Shown here in pieces: positions 8,780-15,429 of a DNA stretch of 18,913 nucleotides. A model generated the notes under the pieces. It was given only the letters and a program-made list of their open reading frames with translations, was not told the origin of the DNA and did not search any database. Position numbers and translations under genes: made by a program. Origin of the DNA: a virus. Taxonomy: Duplodnaviria; Heunggongvirae; Uroviricota; Caudoviricetes. The DNA is taken from the IMG/VR virus record IMGVR_UViG_2671180298_000003, positions 1 through 18,913 of that record, one strand, 5' to 3'. Each line of letters starts with the position of its first letter. Within the stretch, counting starts at the first letter, position 1.

Positions 8780-9924
8780 TTGCGCCCCCTTACCTCTGAA
8801 GGGTTCAGCGACAAATTTATGAGGCAGGCCAGTGCCGAAGCATCATTAATATAGTCATACAAGCTAACAGCCAGCGGAGATTCGGCTTTTGCCAACATAG
8901 GATAAAGCTGCTGCAGCCAGACCTGATGAATTGATGAAATGTAGGAATAGAGAACGCTGGCGTTATGTGCAACGTCGCTCGGTACAGGGGGTTTTGAAAG
9001 CTGTTTCTCCATCTGGTTAAAGGCATTGATATATGCCTCTTTGAACTGGGCAGCACGTTTACCCGTGAAACCCATAGCAAGAAACGCAAAGCCGTCGCGG
9101 GTTATTTGATAGCAAGGTAGTTTGCGGCCTGATGCGTCGATGTACTCACTGAGCTGAAAATTCAGCTCAGTAAATTCGGCAGAGCATTCAAGAGACGCAA
9201 TTTTTTGAATGACATTTTTGTGTTGTTTGCCGAAATAACTAGCAACAGCCAGAGAAGAAGTAACAACTTTGTCTGCAATAATGCAAAGTTCAGGTTGTAC
9301 TAAGGCAGGGATCGTAGCCATGATGGCAGCCTCCGTATGCAATGGATAACTTCCACCACCGGAAACGCCAATTTCGCTGGTGGTGAACTGAGCAGGGTTG
9401 GCGTAACCGGCGCATACGGAAACCGGCGCACCTTTCGGTGCCCCCACCCAGCCCACCATAATTTGGGTATAGCTGAGTTGTAGCAACAAAAAAGACGCTA
9501 ACGCGCCAATTGTCGCCGTATGCAATTCCAGGACGCCAATCCCGGCACCCGCTTTATAAGGTGCCTGAACAGTGTAACGTCCCGGAATGGCAGAATCAAT
9601 GTGCTGGTGGTCCTTCACACTCAACAAAATCACGCCTGAATTTCCACAAAGGACTAAAGCACTCATGCGGGTAGTCTTTGCGAAGATAGATAACGCGCTG
9701 TGTTTCTGGCTCCCAACGAATAACATGGACATAAAGCCCTCTTCCGTCACGAAACCAGCGGTTAAGTTCCTGCACAACTCGCCCCCCACAGTCAGGTAAA
9801 GTTCTCTGTGGTTACTTACAGCCAGGTGATCTGGTAATCTGCATTCATGCCGTAACAACAGGTGTTCAGCGACACTGACCACCAGCTGTTGCGACAAACG
9901 GTTATTTGCCGTTAAACTGTTCAT
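8776..9924 (-). CDS. Rha-family phage regulatory protein with ~200-aa N-terminal extension; nested in-frame start at 9321 would give a 181-aa Rha-only product (8776..9321)
   Basis: C-terminal 181 aa begins MATIPALV and carries the Rha signature GFAFLAMGFTGKRAAQFKEAYINAFNQME; GGAGG SD 8 nt upstream of internal ATG 9321; upstream ATG 9924 overlaps the stop of the preceding gene (ATGA) and the frame stays open for 201 codons. Confidence 0.65.
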   Translation of the reverse strand: MNSLTANNRLSQQLVVSVAEHLLLRHECRLPDHLAVSNHRELYLTVGGELCRNLTAGFVTEEGFMSMLFVGSQKHSALSIFAKTTRMSALVLCGNSGVILLSVKDHQHIDSAIPGRYTVQAPYKAGAGIGVLELHTATIGALASFLLLQLSYTQIMVGWVGAPKGAPVSVCAGYANPAQFTTSEIGVSGGGSYPLHTEAAIMATIPALVQPELCIIADKVVTSSLAVASYFGKQHKNVIQKIASLECSAEFTELNFQLSEYIDASGRKLPCYQITRDGFAFLAMGFTGKRAAQFKEAYINAFNQMEKQLSKPPVPSDVAHNASVLYSYISSIHQVWLQQLYPMLAKAESPLAVSLYDYINDASALACLINLSLNPSEVRGRK

Positions 9925-10472
9925 GCGTTAGTTTCTCCACAGACACAAAACGCCACGACGCCCGGAGCTGCACACTCGCGGGCGTCACTCTTTTCTGGAG
10001 CGCAGAAGATTTTGTAGACCAGTGCTGCATGCTCCTGGAGCTTCGAAATTGACAGATACAACTCATCATTAATTGCTGTCTGCTCGTGTGGCTCCACGAC
10101 CCCATCTTCGATTGCCGAACGAATCTGCTTTGAGTAATTCCCGATCTGTTCGATGACTTCCAGCAGGCGCTGGTTTATATCGGCGTTCTCTACTTCCTCA
10201 ATTTCAGGAAGCGATACGAACACCCCACCGGCAGACTGTGCGACAGCATCCGCAATGTAGTGAGTGCCAGCCGCGCGCTGTAAAACCATTGCCCATCCCA
10301 GCGGGAAAATCTGATCGCCATCTGCACGAAGGCGGTTGAATAAAGCGTTCTCTGTTACATCCAGCCAGTCAGCAGCTTCAGCGTAACCCCCAGGCAATGC
10401 CGCGATAGTTTTTCTGACAGCTTTCACGTACCACTCAGGTTGTTTTTCCACTTTCCAGTGATGCTTACCCAC
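9921..10472 (-). CDS. Putative CII-like (CP76-type) phage regulatory protein
   Basis: 183-aa ORF directly after cro; GTG start with GGAGG SD 6 nt upstream; HTH-like segment GGYAEAADWLDVTENALFNRL; family assignment tentative. Confidence 0.4.
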   Translation of the reverse strand: MGKHHWKVEKQPEWYVKAVRKTIAALPGGYAEAADWLDVTENALFNRLRADGDQIFPLGWAMVLQRAAGTHYIADAVAQSAGGVFVSLPEIEEVENADINQRLLEVIEQIGNYSKQIRSAIEDGVVEPHEQTAINDELYLSISKLQEHAALVYKIFCAPEKSDARECAAPGVVAFCVCGETNA

Positions 10473-10725
10473 GGCTTACCTCCTGTTCCTGTGGTTTAAA
10501 CCCATTCTGGTTTTGGCTAGATTGAAAACGTGCCGGATAAAGAATCTGCATTTCGCTGATTTCACCCTTAAAAAAATTGGCCAGACGTTCTGCAAGATCG
10601 ATAGATGGAATTTGTTCCAGTCTTTCAATACGACTCAGCGTCGCTGGATTGACCTGAACGCCCGCAGCAACATGCTGCAAAGTAAATCCGTGCGCCTTAC
10701 GCACATTTCGTAATGGTGATTGCAT
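10465..10725 (-). CDS. cro: Cro-like XRE-family HTH repressor
   Basis: 86 aa; HTH FTLQHVAAGVQVNPATLSRIERLEQ; divergent from cI across an operator-rich 97-bp spacer; GGAGG SD 5 nt upstream. Confidence 0.75.
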   Translation of the reverse strand: MQSPLRNVRKAHGFTLQHVAAGVQVNPATLSRIERLEQIPSIDLAERLANFFKGEISEMQILYPARFQSSQNQNGFKPQEQEVSRG

Positions 10726-10822
10726 ATAACCTCCACATATTGCGTGATGAGCATATTATTTCACGCAAATATTTTGCGCAAGTTGATTTGCTTAACGCGC
10801 AATAAAGAAATGTAATAAACGC
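10726..10822. promoter_or_regulatory. Immunity switch region (OR-like): divergent cro and cI promoters with operator-like sites
   Basis: TTGCTTAACGCGCAA (10788-10802, TTGC-N7-GCAA), palindromic TTGCGCAA (10774-10781), inverted repeat TTGCGTGA...TCACGCAA (10740-10768); putative -35 TTGCTT / -10 TGTAAT ending at the cI ATG. Confidence 0.6.
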
Positions 10823-11515
10823 ATGAACATAGGAAACCGAGTCAGACAACTTCGCCAGGCGAAGAACATGAAAATCGCCGATCTCGCTGAAGCAATAGGA
10901 GTGGATGCGGCGAATATCTCGCGCCTGGAAACAGGTAAGCAGAAACAATTCACTGAACAAGCCCTGAGTAATATTGCCAGGAGCTTAGGTGTTGATATTG
11001 CTGATCTCTTTACCTCAGACGTCAAAAGTAATACTGTATGTAAAAACAGTATTAGTGAGGATGTTGCGCAGGTGAAGGATGTATTCCGTATTGAAATGCT
11101 GGATGTCAGTGCCAGTGCGGGAAATGGCCTTATCCAGGGCGGTGATGTCATTGATGTGATTCATGCCATTGAATACAGAACTGATAATGCTGTATCGATG
11201 TTTGGCGGACGACCAGCCAATCACATTAAAGTTATCAACGTTCGTGGGGACAGTATGTGTCCAACCATTGAGCCAGGAGATCTCATCTTCGTTGATATCA
11301 GTATCAATCAGTTTGATGGGGATGGTATATATGTATTTGGTTTTGATGATAAAATTTACGTCAAACGACTGCAAATGATACCTGATAAACTGCTGGTAAT
11401 TTCTGATAATCAGATTTACCGCGAATGGGGAATTACCAGCGAAAACGAACATCGGTTTATGGTCTTTGGAAAGGTCTTAATCAGTCAGTCACAAACCCTT
11501 AAGCGACACAATTAA
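10823..11515 (+). CDS. cI: CI-type prophage repressor (N-terminal XRE HTH, C-terminal S24 LexA-like peptidase)
   Basis: 230 aa; HTH MKIADLAEAIGVDAANISRLETGK; Ala-Gly cleavage site (SASAGNG); catalytic Ser in GDSM and Lys in YVKRL. Confidence 0.9.
   Translation: MNIGNRVRQLRQAKNMKIADLAEAIGVDAANISRLETGKQKQFTEQALSNIARSLGVDIADLFTSDVKSNTVCKNSISEDVAQVKDVFRIEMLDVSASAGNGLIQGGDVIDVIHAIEYRTDNAVSMFGGRPANHIKVINVRGDSMCPTIEPGDLIFVDISINQFDGDGIYVFGFDDKIYVKRLQMIPDKLLVISDNQIYREWGITSENEHRFMVFGKVLISQSQTLKRHN
11032..11051. promoter_or_regulatory. LexA/SOS-box-like palindrome TACTGTATGTAAAAACAGTA inside the cI coding sequence
   Basis: Perfect CTGT-N8-ACAG with TA flanks and AT-rich spacer; only such site found in a manual scan of the window. 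Confidence 0.4.
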
Positions 11516-11536
11516 CCCCCTACCTCAACATCAATT

Positions 11537-11558
11537 AGCCACCAGAAGGTGGCTTTTC
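11537..11558 (+). terminator. Rho-independent terminator downstream of cI
   Basis: Hairpin AGCCACC-agaa-GGTGGCT followed by TTTT, 22 nt after the cI stop. Confidence 0.6.
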
Positions 11559-11571
11559 ATTACCCACCAAA

Positions 11572-11610
11572 TTGCATATCTCGCAATAAAAACACTTGCA
11601 TAATGCGCAA
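11572..11610. promoter_or_regulatory. OL-like operator pair / probable early-left promoter region
   Basis: Two TTGC-N7-GCAA sites (TTGCATATCTCGCAA 11572-11586; TTGCATAATGCGCAA 11596-11610) matching the motif in the cI/cro spacer. Confidence 0.5.
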
Positions 11611-12055
11611 CTTCATTTTATCTTTCTTTCCAGACCTACAAACAAGGTACTAACAAAATTTGGTTGTAACACGGCGTATGGCACATGCGTCGTTAGCGGT
11701 CTGGGGACGTTAAAGGGGACAATCCACTCCTTGCTCGGGCAAACAAACCAGGTAGCCGGAATGTGCAAGTCAATGATGATGCTGATAAGACGCCTAACCA
11801 GCGTGGCGATTCGGTTTGACGCCTGGGAAGAGACCAGGGTGCAACGATGAGGGCATTTATGGAGCCGCGACAAAGTGTGGTGCCGTAACTGGCTAAGTGC
11901 TCTCAGCGTTGTGGTGAATGCGCAGGCTGATGCGCGAAAGACATTGCAGCTATTGCGGAAAAGAGCTGTTCGGCGGGGCAATTAAACGCCCGTGAGAGTC
12001 TGAAATAACCGCAAGCCGGAGATCAGCACCGGTCACCACAACAGCCACTGCTTTG

Positions 12056-12101
12056 GCGGTACCAGTTTGTACACTTGCTTCCGGCTGGTACCGCTCTTTT
12101 T
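12056..12101 (+). terminator. Terminator-like hairpin in early-left leader, overlapping a boxA-like CGCTCTTTTTAC
   Basis: Perfect 10-bp stem GCGGTACCAG/CTGGTACCGC, 19-nt loop, then TCTTTTT. Confidence 0.4.
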
Positions 12102-12238
12102 ACAAAACAGAGAAGAGCATCACCGGACGACGGGCTCATAACCCAATCCATCCGGGCGGCTGCCACCGCAGGTGTTCTTCTCTGTTTTGTGGAGAAACCA
12201 ACCGACCTTGCAGGGTCGATATGATGAGGAGCAGCAAA

Positions 12239-12601
12239 ATGGCTAGCGAACGCAGTACTGATGTGCAGGCATTTATCGGGGAGCTGGACGGCGGCGTATT
12301 TGAAACCAAAATCGGCGCAGTTCTCAGTGAAGTCGCTTCAGGTGTGATGAACACGAAAACCAAAGGTAAGGTCTCACTCAACCTGGAAATCGAACCATTT
12401 GATGAGAACCGTGTGAAAATCAAACACAAACTCTCATATGTTCGCCCGACTAACCGCGGGAAAATTTCCGAAGAAGACACCACCGAAACGCCGATGTATG
12501 TCAATCGCGGTGGTCGCCTGACTATTCTGCAGGAAGACCAGGGACAATTACTGACTCTTGCCGGTGAACCTGACGGAAAACTACGCGCAGCAGGTCATTA
12601 A
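12239..12601 (+). CDS. Hypothetical early phage protein (YfdP-like, 120 aa)
   Basis: AGGAG SD 7 nt upstream of ATG 12239; ORF-track upstream extension (TTG at 12053) crosses leader hairpins and lacks an RBS. Confidence 0.6.
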   Translation: MASERSTDVQAFIGELDGGVFETKIGAVLSEVASGVMNTKTKGKVSLNLEIEPFDENRVKIKHKLSYVRPTNRGKISEEDTTETPMYVNRGGRLTILQEDQGQLLTLAGEPDGKLRAAGH

Positions 12602-12666
12602 TATCGTTCTTAATTAACTGATTATTTATCTCATCACTGAATATCTTTATATAGTGAGGACTTATT

Positions 12667-13491
12667 ATGTCTCAGAACTTAGACGCAACCGCAATTAATC
12701 AAATCCATGCCCTTATTTCTGCTCAGGGTGTTAATGAAATTATCAGTAAGATTGGTGCCGATGCTGTGGCATTGCCTGAGAATTTCCGCATTCATGATCT
12801 GGAAAAATTTAATTTAAATCGCTTCCGTTTCCGTGGTGCGCTTTCCACTGCCAACATCGATGACTTTACCCGTTATTCTAAAGATCTTGCAGATGAAGGC
12901 ACCCGCTGCTTTATCGATGCTGATAATATGCGTGCCGTCAGTGTACTTAACCTGGGTACTATTGATGAACCAGGTCACGCAGATAACACCGCCACTCTCA
13001 AACTGAAAAAGACAGCACCGTTCTCTGCCCTGTTGTCTGTTAACGGCGAGCGTAACTCCCAGAAGTCACTGGCAGAATGGATTGAAGACTGGGCCGACTA
13101 CCTTGTGGGCTTTGATGCTAATGGTGACGCTATTCAGGCAACAAAAGCGGCTGCGGCAGTCCGTAAAATCACGATTGAAGCAAACCAGACCGCTGATTTT
13201 GAAGATAATGACTTCAGCGGCAAACGCTCCCTGATGGAATCTGTCGAAGCGAAGACCAAAGACATTATGCCAGTGGCATTTGAATTTAAATGCGTTCCGT
13301 TTGAAGGTCTGAAAGAACGTCCGTTTAAATTACGCCTCAGCATTATCACTGGCGATCGTCCTGTACTGGTTCTGCGCATTATTCAGCTGGAAGCGGTGCA
13401 GGAAGATATGGCTAACGAATTTCGTGATCTGCTTGTTGAGAAATTCAAAGACAGCAAAGTAGAAACCTTTATTGGTACTTTCACCGCCTGA
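12667..13491 (+). CDS. yfdQ: YfdQ-like protein (DUF2303 family), function unknown
   Basis: 274 aa, same length and operon position as CPS-53 YfdQ; GAGGA SD upstream; family call from memory. Confidence 0.6.
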   Translation: MSQNLDATAINQIHALISAQGVNEIISKIGADAVALPENFRIHDLEKFNLNRFRFRGALSTANIDDFTRYSKDLADEGTRCFIDADNMRAVSVLNLGTIDEPGHADNTATLKLKKTAPFSALLSVNGERNSQKSLAEWIEDWADYLVGFDANGDAIQATKAAAAVRKITIEANQTADFEDNDFSGKRSLMESVEAKTKDIMPVAFEFKCVPFEGLKERPFKLRLSIITGDRPVLVLRIIQLEAVQEDMANEFRDLLVEKFKDSKVETFIGTFTA

Positions 13492-13503
13492 TTTCATTAC
13501 TGC

Positions 13504-13527
13504 AAATGCCCCTGCGGGGGCATTTAT
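13504..13527 (+). terminator. Intra-operon rho-independent terminator/attenuator
   Basis: AAATGCCCC-tgcg-GGGGCATTT hairpin followed by AT-rich tail, 13 nt after the yfdQ-like stop. Confidence 0.55.
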
Positions 13528-13618
13528 GGAAACGTAATTAACTCAATAATCACCGGATGGTGAGGGCTTCCTTTTACCCAAACTCAGCGCGGTGCAGCGC
13601 ATATACGTGGAGAACAAA

Positions 13619-14155
13619 ATGTCATTTATTAAAACTTTTTCCGGGAAGCATTTTTATTATGACAAGATAAATAAAGACGACATCGTGATTAACGATATCG
13701 CGGTTTCCCTTTCAAATATCTGCCGCTTTGCCGGTCATCTTTCTCACTTCTACAGTGTCGCCCAACATGCGGTGCTTTGCAGCCAGCTGGTGCCGCAGGA
13801 ATTTGCTTTTGAAGCGTTAATGCATGATGCAACAGAAGCGTATTGCCAGGATATTCCCGCTCCACTGAAACGCCTTCTTCCTGACTATAAACGGATGGAA
13901 GAAAAAATTGACGCCGTAATCCGTGAGAAATACGGGTTACCCCCAGTTATGAGTACGCCCGTGAAATATGCCGATCTTATCATGCTGGCAACCGAACGCC
14001 GCGATCTCGGGCTTGATGATGGCTCTTTCTGGCCTGTACTGGAAGGCATCCCGGCAACAGAGATGTTCAACGTGATTCCACTGGCACCTAGCCATGCCTA
14101 CGGGATGTTTATGGAACGTTTTAACGAGTTATCGGAGTTACGCAAATGCGCATGA
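13619..14155 (+). CDS. yfdR: HD-domain phosphohydrolase, YfdR-like 5'-deoxynucleotidase
   Basis: 178 aa from ATG 13619 (GGAG SD); HD signature H...HD (SVAQHAV ... LMHDATEA); ORF-track GTG start at 13592 is probably an extension. Confidence 0.7.
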   Translation: MSFIKTFSGKHFYYDKINKDDIVINDIAVSLSNICRFAGHLSHFYSVAQHAVLCSQLVPQEFAFEALMHDATEAYCQDIPAPLKRLLPDYKRMEEKIDAVIREKYGLPPVMSTPVKYADLIMLATERRDLGLDDGSFWPVLEGIPATEMFNVIPLAPSHAYGMFMERFNELSELRKCA

Positions 14156-14508
14156 ATGTTTTCGAAATGGAAGGGTTTCTTCGCGGGAAATGTGTACCGC
14201 GAGATCTGAAAGTGAACGAAACAAATGCTGAGTACCTGGTACGTAAATTCGACGCGCTTGAAGCTAAATGTGCGGCACTGGAAAACAAAATAATACCAGT
14301 GTCAGCTGAACTGCCACCAGCAAATGAAAGTGTTCTGTTATTTGATGCTAACGGAGAAGGCTGGCTGATTGGCTGGCGTTCTCTCTGGTACACTTGGGGA
14401 CAAAAAGAAACCGGAGAATGGCAGTGGACATTTCAGGTCGGGGACCTTGAAAACTTCAATATCACTCACTGGGCAGTAATGCCAAAAGCGCCGGAGGCTG
14501 GAGCATAA
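14146..14508 (+). CDS. DUF551-like phage protein (YfdS-like)
   Basis: 120 aa; C-terminal ITHWAVMPKAPE motif; GGAG SD; overlaps upstream stop. Confidence 0.55.
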   Translation: MRMNVFEMEGFLRGKCVPRDLKVNETNAEYLVRKFDALEAKCAALENKIIPVSAELPPANESVLLFDANGEGWLIGWRSLWYTWGQKETGEWQWTFQVGDLENFNITHWAVMPKAPEAGA

Positions 14509-15128
14509 TGACCACATTTACCAATAAAGAACTGATTAAAGAAATCAAAGAACGAATCAGCAGCCTAGAGGTTCGAGACGATATTGAGCGCCGTGCTTAT
14601 GAAATTGCTCTGGCATCGCTAGAAGAGGAGCCGGTGGCATGGCTGCATTCAGAAAATGGCTTAGGTATTCCGGCAATAACGAGGAGTAAAAACATTGCTG
14701 ACAGTTGGTTATCAAAGGGCTGGTATGTTCAGCCGCTATATATAGCCAAGCCAGTGCCGGTGGTGCCAGATGCTCGTCCGTCTTTAAATAATGGCATAGT
14801 CGGCTTTGATGAAGGCTGGAACGCCTGCCGCGCCGCCATGCTTAATGGTGCCGAACCTGTAAGCCAGACTTACAAGTTGAACGAGCTGTCGGGCAACTCT
14901 CCGGTAACTCCGGATGGTTGGATAAGCTGTAGTGAGCGAATGCCGAACGATAAACAGTATGTTTGGTGTTGGGGTAAGTCTTACGGCTGGACTGAGTGCG
15001 ATACCTTCGAAGGGTATTACGATTGTTCGAGAAACAAATGGTGGGCAGTTACTGACAATGGGGAAGAACCGGCATCGAAAGTAACCCACTGGATGCCGCT
15101 ACCGGAGCCACCGCAGGAGGTGAAGTAA
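14508..15128 (+). CDS. DUF551-domain phage protein (YfdT-like, longer form)
   Basis: 206 aa; C-terminal W...ERMP...VTHWMPLPEPP motif; TAATG overlap with upstream gene. Confidence 0.55.
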   Translation: MTTFTNKELIKEIKERISSLEVRDDIERRAYEIALASLEEEPVAWLHSENGLGIPAITRSKNIADSWLSKGWYVQPLYIAKPVPVVPDARPSLNNGIVGFDEGWNACRAAMLNGAEPVSQTYKLNELSGNSPVTPDGWISCSERMPNDKQYVWCWGKSYGWTECDTFEGYYDCSRNKWWAVTDNGEEPASKVTHWMPLPEPPQEVK

Positions 15129-15322
15129 TGAACAACTTAATGACAACTAAACAAGTCGCCGACTTCTGTGGCGTTTCAGTATCGACCGTTCTTCGCTGGA
15201 ACAGCGTAAACAGGAGAACTGGCCAGAAATACAGGCCAGACTTTCCAGATCCTGATATTAAATCATGCCCAAATAAATGGGCATCACGCAAGATTTACAA
15301 ATTTGCGGGAGTTATTGAGTAA
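15128..15322 (+). CDS. Excisionase-like HTH DNA-binding protein (AlpA/TorI family)
   Basis: 64 aa; HTH MTTKQVADFCGVSVSTVLRW; strong AGGAGGTGA SD; last gene of early-left operon, facing the integrase. Confidence 0.7.
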   Translation: MNNLMTTKQVADFCGVSVSTVLRWNSVNRRTGQKYRPDFPDPDIKSCPNKWASRKIYKFAGVIE

Positions 15323-15357
15323 CGAGCATTAGCTCAGATGAGAGTTGGTACACCTAT

Positions 15358-15398
15358 GGCACAGAGCTAAACCTGATCTGTTATATTCGCTCTGTGCC
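15358..15398. repeat. Perfect 10-bp inverted repeat GGCACAGAGC / GCTCTGTGCC with 21-nt spacer between convergent genes
   Basis: Read directly from sequence; nested TAGCTC/GAGCTA repeat at 15330-15369; no U-tract on either strand. Confidence 0.4.
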
Positions 15399-15429
15399 GG
15401 AAGTATGCCATATTTATTACATACAGTTG

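Noticed and set aside
11596-11981. ORFs 11596..11850 (+) and 11613..11981 (-) in the leader downstream of cI
   Set aside because: No RBS, TTG start, Arg/Leu/Ser-rich composition, and they overlap operator sites; treated as non-coding leader. A 25-codon C-x-x-C mini-ORF around 11920-11997 was also seen but lacks an RBS.
12053-12238. Upstream extension of the yfdP-like ORF (TTG start at 12053)
   Set aside because: The extension runs through the terminator-like hairpin and the 14-bp inverted repeat and has no SD, whereas ATG 12239 has a strong AGGAG.
15327-15370. tRNA-like AGCTCAG motif after the excisionase gene
   Set aside because: Resembles a tRNA D-loop at first glance, but no acceptor stem, anticodon arm or T-loop (GTTC) can be built; interpreted as inverted repeats instead.
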